Shown here in pieces: positions 14,341-23,500 of a stretch of DNA of 64,000 nucleotides. The DNA is from Chrysomallon squamiferum. Lineage: Eukaryota > Animalia > Mollusca. Positions within the stretch are counted from its first letter, which is position 1. Each line of letters begins with the position of its first letter. The position numbers and the translations under genes were made by a program. The DNA is taken from positions 1,550,001-1,614,000 of the forward strand of contig CM022665.1 of the NCBI GenBank assembly GCA_012295275.1, written 5' to 3'. The notes under the pieces were generated by a model. It made no database searches, was not told the origin of the DNA, and saw only the letters and a program-made list of their open reading frames with translations.

Positions 14341-15134
14341 TTGGGAAAGTAATAAATGGAAAATAGGAGGGAGTTATGGACATAAAGGTTTTCAATTATT
14401 TTAAGCAATTACTTTTCAGACATTGTCACATTCTTAACCAATACGGTCCTCATTGTAGGTCCATGGATTGAGTGATATATCGATCGAAGTTGGCTTAATC
14501 TATAAACTGTATGATGACAAATATATGGAGTTAGGAGGGAGGCATGACTGGAGGTACCAAAAAATCGTTATTGTTTATGAAGAGAACATTAATCTGGAAA
14601 TCTAGTCTCTGTTTGTCTACACTGAAAGCATAGTCGTCATCTATTGATACGAAGTAAATATGATAAGATACAAAGATGTCTGTAACAGTTTGTGTTAATC
14701 ACAGAACCTGTAATACTTAATTATCAATTAATATCTGGTAAAATGAAATAATCCATCTAATTAGAGTAATCTGGGGAGTGACACAGAGAGTAAGAAAGCC
14801 AGAGGGAAATATTTATATGTCATAACTTATTCTTAAGTACATACACTTCTGTCTATGCTCTGTTGGCCTGTCTGTCTATCTGTATATAGAAAGGGCTTTC
14901 AAATTAATGGCACTGTATTCGAAATTAGAAAAAGTAGCAATACCCTGTGTATCCATCTGTTCACCTATCTTCAGTAACTATCTCTGTCTGTCTGTACGTA
15001 TATCTATTTATCTATCATAATTTATCTATCTGTCTATTTAACCAATTAAATGTTATTATATTAATGTACTAATTAGCCATTCCCTTTGGAAATGTTGCCA
15101 CCCCTACACCACGGTGAGGTTCAGTACACGTAGG

Positions 15135-15525
15135 GGATGTTAGTAATGGTTAGTATTTGTTAAATGTTAGTATTTGGTTAATGGTTAGTATTTTGTTAAT
15201 AGTTACTATTTGTTAAATGTTAGTATTTGCTTAATGGTTAGTATTTGTTAAAAATTAGTATTTGGTTAATGGTTAGTATTTTGTTAATAGTTAGTATTTG
15301 TTAAATATTAGTATTTGGTTAATGGTTAGTATTTGGTTAATGGTTTTGTTAATTGTTAGTATTTGGTTAATGGTTAGTATTTGTTAAATGTTAGTATTTG
15401 GTTAATTGTTAATATTTTCTTAATGGTTAGTATTTGTTAAACATTAGTATTTGGTTAATGGTTACTATTTTGTTAATGGTTAGTATTTGTTAAATTTTAG
15501 TATTTGGTTAATGGTTAGAATTTGT
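15135..15525. repeat. 17-18-bp minisatellite (TTAGTATTTGGTTAATGG / TTAGTATTTGTTAAATG)
   Basis: About 20 tandem copies, with scattered extra copies to about 15870. Confidence 0.9.
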
Positions 15526-15556
15526 TTTAATTATAAAATAATATGTGCGTATGTGA

Positions 15557-15557
<1 letters not shown>

Positions 15558-15600
<43 letters not shown>
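15558..15600. repeat. (TG)n microsatellite
   Basis: Direct inspection. Confidence 0.95.
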
Positions 15601-15603
<3 letters not shown>

Positions 15604-16172
15604 TGTTTATACACGTATTCAGATAAGTATGTGGTAATTATTAGTAATTGTAACTAATTGGTTAAGGTTAGTATTTGTTAAATGTTAGTATGTTTGTGTG
15701 TGAGTGTATATATGTTTGTATATATGTTAGTGTAGTTCTGTGTGTGTTCTGTCTGTATGGATATTCGTATGTGTCTGTATGGATGTATGTGTGTGTCTCT
15801 ATATAACGTTTACTACCTGGTTAATGGTTAGTATTCATGTTAATTGTTAGTATTTTGGTTGCATGTTAGTACTTATTAATTAAAAAACAATACAAACCTG
15901 AGCCCACCTCTCAAGGGTTATGGAGCTGCAAGGAGCATAACCAGCTTCACGTCAACATCATCAACACAATCTCCTATAGCACTGATATGCTGGGGCAAAA
16001 GGGACAGAATGTTATTATCACTGCAGATATTACCAACTTCAAATAAATATTTTACAAATAAATGTCTGTATCTATTACTGTTACTATCATCATCATAAAA
16101 TAAAAAATGACAGAAGGATGCCAGCTGAAGTTAAAGCAATACACCTAGAGTAACGTTGTAAGGTTTCTAATA

Positions 16173-17075
16173 TTACACAAATCCTAGTAAACGACCTATC
16201 AGAAGACAAAATTCAATTAGAACAAATAAGATTTTCCACAACAGAGAACTAAATATACGACTAAAATACGTAAATATACGACCGATATACGCAAATATAC
16301 GTCTGATGAATCCAGCTGCAGAATGTCGTCTGACTCTTCTGACTCTTTTGACTCTGAGAGGTGGCAATGTGTACATCTCGCAGTTTCCATCTCTTAAGTT
16401 GTACACGATGGCGGTGAATCTTGCAGAGCAAACTGGACAATTTCTTCTGCTTCTAGACCACCTCTCCAAACAGCTGAAACAAAATTCATGTAAACACGAG
16501 TCTGCATGACACTTATCTAAAAATTCTTCTGAACACAAAGAACAAGTAGGTGACTTATCTGATTCAGGCTGTTGTGTTGATTCAGCAGTGCTGGGTGATG
16601 GTGATGTTGACATCCCTGGTCTTTCTCCACATGCTGCTTTTACAGGGTCACGTTCGGAAATCTTTCGCCCTTTTGGAGGCTTCTCTGGGCACCCATCATC
16701 CTGTGCTTTCCGTTTCCTAGATGTTGATGTCCCTGGTCCTCTACGTGATGTTTCTCCAGGGTCACGTTCGGAAATCTTTCGCCCTTTTGGAGGCTTCTTC
16801 GGGCACCCATCATCCTGTGCTTTCCGTTTCCTAGATGTTGATGTCCCTGGTCCTCTACGTGATGTTTCTCCAGGGTCACGTTCGGAAATCTTTCGCCCTT
16901 TTGGAGGCTTCTTCGGGCACCCATCATCCTGTGCTTTCCGTTTCCTAGATGTTGTTGTCCCTGGTCCTCTACGTGATGTTTCTCCAGGTTCGGAAATCTT
17001 TCGCCCTTTTGGAGGCTTTTCAGGGCACTCATCATCCTGTGCTTTCCTTTTCTTGGACGCTCTTACTTTTCCCAT
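16173..17075 (-). CDS. Single-exon C3HC4 RING finger protein, TOPORS-like putative E3 ligase, 300 aa
   Basis: CSLC-x12-CLHEFCFSCLERWSRSRRNCPVC followed by SARFTAIVYNLRDGNCEMYTLPP, resembling the TOPORS RING and its post-RING segment; four ~40-aa K/R-rich repeats at the N-terminus; hydrophobic C-terminus; GC-richer than flanks. Confidence 0.8.
   Translation of the reverse strand: MGKVRASKKRKAQDDECPEKPPKGRKISEPGETSRRGPGTTTSRKRKAQDDGCPKKPPKGRKISERDPGETSRRGPGTSTSRKRKAQDDGCPKKPPKGRKISERDPGETSRRGPGTSTSRKRKAQDDGCPEKPPKGRKISERDPVKAACGERPGMSTSPSPSTAESTQQPESDKSPTCSLCSEEFLDKCHADSCLHEFCFSCLERWSRSRRNCPVCSARFTAIVYNLRDGNCEMYTLPPLRVKRVRRVRRHSAAGFIRRIFAYIGRIFTYFSRIFSSLLWKILFVLIEFCLLIGRLLGFV
16643..17052 (-). 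repeat. Coding 120-bp tandem repeat (about 3.5 copies) inside the RING gene
   Basis: Unit encodes RKRKAQDDGCPKKPPKGRKISERDPGETSRRGPGTSTS-like peptide; copies nearly identical, first copy 6 bp shorter. Confidence 0.95.
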
Positions 17076-17430
17076 TTCGTATTGATAACTGCAATAACAT
17101 TGTAGGAGAAAACAAAATTATATATAATCCAAAAATATCTATTAAATTTATTTCTGTTGTTAGAACTATTTCTATTTTTATTTTATTTTTTAATGGCAGT
17201 ACATTTTTTTTTATTGTACGTTTTATCTGTTTGTTTTACTAACGTTAATCTTTGCACAAGGATTTCACAACCAGGGCTAATGTTCACATAATGAACATAT
17301 AGCTTGGAACTTTGCATGAATTTATTACATAATGTGAGTTTCGCGTTTAAAATGACAGGTGTACAGGGTTTAAATTGTTTGTGGATGGTGATTTTAAAAA
17401 TACATTCAAAATAAATTAAAATCTATTATC

Positions 17431-17431
<1 letters not shown>

Positions 17432-17476
<45 letters not shown>
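17432..17476. repeat. (CA)n microsatellite
   Basis: Direct inspection. Confidence 0.95.
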
Positions 17477-17479
<3 letters not shown>

Positions 17480-17897
17480 TTAAGGTTTATATGTTATGTG
17501 ATTTCATATCATGAAATTTATTATTTTATTTATATATTTTGAATTTTTGGGGTTTTATTGTGTCATACCTTTTAAAACTTACGTTTATATTTCAAGTATT
17601 GTTATTATCAGTGTTACTTTTTCTTTATCTATATTATTGTTCTTGTTGCTTTTTGTTGTTGGAGGAGTTGTTAGGTACTGAAAAAAGTGATTTTCAGTTT
17701 AGGAAATACAAGGTTGAGTAACTTTTTATCCTGATTTCAGAAACAAAATATTTAAAATTGTTAGTCAAATTGTTCCAAAGTTTTGGATTTTTTAATATTG
17801 CCATTTTGAAGAAAACGTTTTATAGGCTCCTTTCATAATATGTCAACTGTGTCTTCCAAACTCTGCTAAAATTTATTTACATATAAAGTTGGCAAAA

Positions 17898-18219
17898 TCA
17901 ACCAGATGGTCGGATGTCCCAAAAACGCGAAGAATCACCGCAGGATTACCTCCCAGCATTTGCTAGTGCTAGCTCAGTTTACACACAAGCACGTGGCGAA
18001 TACTGAGAAAAAATATGCCTGCGATTACGTTTCGAAAGATGCGCGTAGAAGAGTTGTGAAGTAAAGCTCATCCGATACTCTCCCAGCATTTGCTAGTGCT
18101 AGCAGAACGTGAAACGCCAGCACAACCAAATACAAGCAAAGTACTGATGATGTCTTTCTCTTAATGTACGTAATGCGTAACTTTTCGTCATTTCGTCGTC
18201 TACTTGCGACGGCGATGTT
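17898..18219 (-). repeat. 322-bp inverted copy of part of the array unit, containing hairpins H2 and H3 on the minus strand; pairs with 18386-18707
   Basis: Reverse complement of AACATCGCC...CCATCTGGTTGA; CTCCCAGCATTTGCTAGTGCTA at 17950-17971 and 18080-18101. Confidence 0.95.
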
Positions 18220-19427
18220 CACATTTAGTTTTCTTCAACAGAAACTGTACGAGACAATTTCCTGATATGTTATTTCACGAGCACGAAACAAATACCAGAA
18301 CGTATTTGTTTCGTGCTCGTGACGTAAAACACAACTAGCACTAGCAAATGCTGGAGGTTTATCGAATAGACAGCTGCGCTTCCGAAACATCGCCGTCGCA
18401 AGTAGACGACGAAATGACGAAAAGTTACGCATTACGTACATTAAGAGAAAGACATCATCAGTACTTTGCTTGTATTTGGTTGTGCTGGCGTTTCACGTTC
18501 TGCTAGCACTAGCAAATGCTGGGAGAGTATCGGATGAGCTTTACTTCACAACTCTTCTACGCGCATCTTTCGAAACGTAATCGCTGGCATATTTTTTCTC
18601 AGTATTCGCCACGTGCTTGTGTGTAAACTGAGCTAGCACTAGCAAATGCTGGGAGGTAATCCTGCGGTGATTCTTCGCGTTTTTGGGACATCCGACCATC
18701 TGGTTGAAAGCCTTTCCTTTTTAGCTAAATTATGCTCAAACCGCTACCAGATCACAGAAGACACCACTCAAATTTATTTACGACCATCACGTCCTTAATA
18801 CTTTGCTAGTATTTCTTGGTGCTGGCGTTTCACGTCTTGTTAGCACTAGCAAATGCTGGGAGAGTATAGTACGAAATGCACTTCAACAACGATACCTTTT
18901 GAGCGAAGTAATGCTGTTTCCGCAAACAGATCACAAAAGCAGTCAGATTTATTTAGGACGACTACATCGTTAGCACTCTGCTAGCATTTCTTTGTGCTGG
19001 TGTGTCACAAAGTACTAGCACTAGCAAATGCTGGGAGAGTATAGTACGAAATGCACTTCAACAACGATACGTAAACTGCACGGCCATCATTTCGTTCGTA
19101 ATCCGTTTTTTTTTTTTTTTTTTTCTTTAAAAGCGCTTGGTAATTTGAATTTTCGACGTCGAAATTTCTAATTAGTCCAATTAAGTAAACAATGCTTGAT
19201 GTTTCAACCAAGTGATAACTAGCGGTTGTCAATGAGTCAATTCAAAATTCATTCACTCTCACTGTCAGCTCACTGCCTCATTTACGAAGTATAAGTAATT
19301 TCAGATACTTCTAATATCGTTGCAGATGCAGGCGTCGTCTCCAGTCACATCAGCTTTCAGGTATTATTTGCTTTTCTTCACATTTAGTTTTCTTCAACAG
19401 AAACTGTACGAGACAATTTCCTGATAT

Positions 19428-19516
19428 GTTATTTCTAAACGTTCTGGTATTTGTTTCGTGCTCGTGACGTAAAACACAACTAGCACTAGCAAATGCTGGA
19501 GGTTTATCGAATAGAC
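19428..19516 (+). ncRNA. Pre-miRNA-like hairpin H1 (representative copy); mature candidate 19481-19502 UAGCACUAGCAAAUGCUGGAGG
   Basis: 5' arm TTCTGGTATTTGTTTCGTGCTCG pairs with the 3' arm; lower stem TAAAC/GTTTA; CTAC 17 nt after the arm. Confidence 0.75.
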
Positions 19517-19597
19517 AGCTACGCTTCCGAAACATCGCCGTCGCAAGTAGACGACGAAATGACGAAAACTTACGCATTACGTACATTAAGAGAAAGA

Positions 19598-19681
19598 CAT
19601 CATCAGTACTTTGTTTGTATTTGGTTGTGCTGGCGTTTCACGTTCTGCTAGCACTAGCAAATGCTGGGAGAGTATCGGATG
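19598..19681 (+). ncRNA. Pre-miRNA-like hairpin H2 (representative); mature candidate 19649-19670 UAGCACUAGCAAAUGCUGGGAG
   Basis: TACTTTGYTTGTATTTGGTTGTGCTGGCG - loop TTTCACGTTC - TGCTAGCACTAGCAAATGCTGGGAGAGTA; CTTC 19 nt after the arm. Confidence 0.78.
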
Positions 19682-19726
19682 AGCTTTACTTCACAACTCT
19701 TCTACGCGCATCTTTCGAAACGTAAT

Positions 19727-19813
19727 CGCAGGCATATTTTTTTTCTCAGTATTCGCCACGTGCTTGTGTGTAAACTGAGCTAGCACTAGCAAATGCTGGG
19801 AGGTAATCCTGCG
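19727..19813 (+). ncRNA. Pre-miRNA-like hairpin H3 (representative); mature candidate 19781-19802
   Basis: TTTCTCAGTATTCGCCACGTGCTTGT pairs with GCTAGCAC...GGGAGG; basal CGCAGG/CCTGCG; apical UGUG; CTTC 18 nt after the arm. Confidence 0.78.
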
Positions 19814-19935
19814 GTGATTCTTCGCGTTTTTGGGACATCCGACCATCTGGTTGAAAGCCTTTCCTTTTAGCTAAATTATGCTCAAACCGCTACCAGATCA
19901 CAGAAGACACCACTCAAATTTATTTACGACCATCA

Positions 19936-20019
19936 CGTCCTTAATACTTTGCTAGTATTTCTTGGTGCTGGCGTTTCACGTCTTGTTAGCACTAGCAAAT
20001 GCTGGGAGAGTATAGTACG
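19936..20019 (+). ncRNA. Pre-miRNA-like hairpin H4 (representative); mature candidate 19987-20008
   Basis: ATACTTTGCTAGTATTTCTTGGTGCTGGCG - loop TTTCACGTCT - TGTTAGCACTAGCAAATGCTGGGAGAGTAT; CTTC 19 nt after the arm. Confidence 0.78.
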
Positions 20020-20112
20020 AAATGCACTTCAACAACGATACCTTTTGAGCGAAGTAATGCTGTTTCCGCAAACAGATCACAAAAGCAGTCAGATTTATTT
20101 AGGACGACTACA

Positions 20113-20195
20113 TCGTTAGCACTCTGCTAGCATTTCTTTGTGCTGGTGTGTCACAAAGTACTAGCACTAGCAAATGCTGGGAGAGTATAGTACGA
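20113..20195 (+). ncRNA. Pre-miRNA-like hairpin H5 (representative); mature candidate 20162-20183
   Basis: ACTCTGCTAGCATTTCTTTGTGCTGGTG - loop TGTCACAAAG - TACTAGCACTAGCAAATGCTGGGAGAGT; basal TCGT/ACGA; apical UGUG; CTTC 19 nt after the arm. Confidence 0.78.
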
Positions 20196-20249
20196 AATGC
20201 ACTTCAACAACGATACGTAAACTGCACGGCCATCATTTCGTTCGTAATC

Positions 20250-20500
20250 CGTTTTTTTTTCTTTAAAAGCGCTTGGTAATTTGAATTTTCGACGTCGAAA
20301 TTTCTAATTAGTCCAATTAAGTAAACAATGCTTGATGTTTCAACCAAGTGATAACTAGCGGTTGTCAATGAGTCAATTCAAAATTCATTCACTCACTGTC
20401 AGCTCACTGCCCATTTACGAAGTATAAGTAATTTCAGATACTTCTAATATCGTTGCAGATGCAGGCGTCGTCTCCAGTCACATCAGCTTTCAGGTATTAT
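20250..20500 (+). promoter_or_regulatory. Hairpin-free spacer of each unit, candidate per-unit promoter (representative copy)
   Basis: T-tract 20252-20264, palindrome TTTCGACGTCGAAA 20287-20300, CCAAT about 20313, TGAGTCA 20369-20375, TATAAGTA 20423-20430, upstream of H1; motif-level evidence only. Confidence 0.35.
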
Positions 20501-23500
20501 TTGCTTTTCTTCACATTTAGTTTTCTTCAACAGAAACTGTACGAGACAATTTCCTGATATGTTATTTCTAAACGTTCTGGTATTTGTTTCGTGCTCGTGA
20601 CGTAAAACACAACTAGCACTAGCAAATGCTGGAGGTTTATCGAATAGACAGCTACGCTTCCGAAACATCGCCGTCGCAAGTAGACGACGAAATGACGAAA
20701 ACTTACGCATTACGTACATTAAGAGAAAGACATCATCAGTACTTTGCTTGTATTTGGTTGTGCTGGCGTTTCACGTTCTGCTAGCACTAGCAAATGCTGG
20801 GAGAGTATCGGATGAGCTTTACTTCACAACTCTTCTACGCGCATCTTTCGAAACGTAATCGCAGGCATATTTTTTCTCAGTATTCGCCACGTGCTTGTGT
20901 GTAAACTGAGCTAGCACTAGCAAATGCTGGGAGGTAATCCTGCGGTGATTCTTCGCGTTTTTGGGACATCCGACCATCTGGTTGAAAGCCTTTCCTTTTT
21001 AGCTAAATTATGCTCAAACCGCTACCAGATCACAGAAGACACCACTCAAATTTATTTACGACCATCACGTCCTTAATACTTTGCTAGTATTTCTTGGTGC
21101 TGGCGTTTCACGTCTTGTTAGCACTAGCAAATGCTGGGAGAGTATAGTACGAAATGCACTTCAACAACGATACCTTTTGAGCGAAGTAATGCTGTTTCCG
21201 CAAACAGATCACAAAAAGCAGTCAGATTTATTTAGGACGACTACATCGTTAGCACTCTGCTAGCATTTCTTTGTGCTGGTGTGTCACAAAGTACTAGCAC
21301 TAGCAAATGCTGGGAGAGTATAGTACGAAATGCACTTCAACAACGATACGTAAACTGCACGGCCATCATTTCGTTCGTAATCCGTTTTTTTTTTTTTTAA
21401 AAGCGCTTGGTAATTTGAATTTTCGACGTCGAAATTTCTAATTAGTCCAATTAAGTAAACAATGCTTGATGTTTCAACCAAGTGATAACTAGCGGTTGTC
21501 AATGAGTCAATTCAAAATTCATTCACTCACTGTCAGTCAGCTCACTGCCTCATTTACGAAGTATAAGTAATTTCAGATACTTCTAATATCGTTGCAGATG
21601 CAGGCGTCGTCTCCAGTCACATCAGCTTTCAGGTATTATTTGCTTTTCTTCACATTTAGTTTTCTTCAACAGAAACTGTACGAGACAATTTCCTGATATG
21701 TTATTTCTAAACGTTCTGGTATTTGTTTCGTGCTCGTGACGTAAAACACAACTAGCACTAGCAAATGCTGGAGGTTTATCGAATAGACAGCTACGCTTCC
21801 GAAACATCGCCGTCGCAAGTAGACGACGAAATGACGAAAACTTACGCATTACGTACATTAAGAGAAAGACATCATCAGTACTTTGTTTGTATTTGGTTGT
21901 GCTGGCGTTTCACGTTCTGCTAGCACTAGCAAATGCTGGGAGAGTATCGGATGAGCTTTACTTCACAACTCTTCTACGCGCATCTTTCGAAACGTAATCG
22001 CAGGCATATTTTTTCTCAGTATTCGCCACGTGCTTGTGTGTAAACTGAGCTAGCACTAGCAAATGCTGGGAGGTAATCCTGCGGTGATTCTTCGCGTTTT
22101 TGGGACATCCGACCATCTGGTTGAAAGCCTTTCCTTTTAGCTAAATTATGCTCAAACCGCTACCAGATCACAGAAGACACCACTCAAATTTATTTACGAC
22201 CATCACGTCCTTAATACTTTGCTAGTATTTCTTGGTGCTGGCGTTTCACGTCTTGTTAGCACTAGCAAATGCTGGGAGAGTATAGTACGAAATGCACTTC
22301 AACAACGATACCTTTTGAGCGAAGTAATGCTGTTTCCGCAAACAGATCACAAAAGCAGTCAGATTTATTTAGGACGACTACATCGTTAGCACTCTGCTAG
22401 CATTTCTTTGTGCTGGTGTGTCACAAAGTACTAGCACTAGCAAATGCTGGGAGAGTATAGTACGAAATGCACTTCAACAACGATACGTAAACTGCACGGC
22501 CATCATTTCGTTCGTAATCCGTTTTTTTTTTTTCTTTAAAAGCGCTTGGTAATTTGAATTTTCGACGTCGAAATTTCTAATTAGTCCAATTAAGTAAACA
22601 ATGCTTGATGTTTCAACCAAGTGATAACTAGCGGTTGTCAATGAGTCAATTCAAAATTCATTCACTCACTGTCAGCTCACTGCCTCATTTACGAAGTATA
22701 AGTAATTTCAGATACTTCTAATATCGTTGCAGATGCAGGCGTCGTCTCCAGTCACATCAGCTTTCAGGTATTATTTGCTTTTCTTCACATTTAGTTTTCT
22801 TCAACAGAAACTGTACGAGACAATTTCCTGATATGTTATTTCTAAACGTTCTGGTATTTGTTTCGTGCTCGTGACGTAAAACACAACTAGCACTAGCAAA
22901 TGCTGGAGGTTTATCGAATAGACAGCTACGCTTCCGAAACATCGCCGTCGCAAGTAGACGACGAAATGACGAAAACTTACGCATTACGTACATTAAGAGA
23001 AAGACATCATCAGTACTTTGTTTGTATTTATTGTTGTGCTGGCGTTTCACGTTCTGCTAGCACTAGCAAATGCTGGGAGAGTATCGGATGAGCTTTACTT
23101 CACAACTCTTCTACGCGCATCTTTCGAAACGTAATCGCAGGCATATTTTTTCTCAGTATTCGCCACGTGCTTGTGTGTAAACTGAGCTAGCACTAGCAAA
23201 TGCTGGGAGGTAATCCTGCGGTGATTCTTCGCGTTTTTGGGACATCCGACCATCTGGTTGAAAGCCTTTCCTTTTAGCTAAATTATGCTCAAACCGCTAC
23301 CAGATCACAGAAGACACCACTCAAATTTATTTACGACCATCACGTCCTTAATACTTTGCTAGTATTTCTTGGTGCTGGCGTTTCACGTCTTGTTAGCACT
23401 AGCAAATGCTGGGAGAGTATAGTACGAAATGCACTTCAACAACGATACCTTTTGAGCGAAGTAATGCTGTTTCCGCAAACAGATCACAAAAAGCAGTCAG

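Noticed and set aside
8780-14408. Short ORFs in the low-complexity zone
   Set aside because: Translations mirror dinucleotide and tetranucleotide repeats
16306-17242. Overlapping ORFs 16306-16509, 16588-17085, 16640-17035, 16949-17242
   Set aside because: Shadow frames of the RING gene and its 120-bp repeat
19649-19670. Homology to miR-430/302 (AGCACU is the reverse complement of AGUGCU)
   Set aside because: G:U asymmetry favours the + strand and GUGCU is not at a seed position in either arm; the resemblance is architectural only
19350-20482. 5S rRNA, tRNA, snRNA, spliced-leader or histone repeat unit
   Set aside because: No similarity to these RNAs that I can recognise, no cloverleaf or A/B boxes, no histone ORF; an Rfam search would be the decisive check
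20491-20497. CAGGTAT Zelda/TAGteam-like motif or splice donor in each unit
   Set aside because: A single 7-mer in an unknown taxon; the implied intron to the nearby AG would be only about 40 nt
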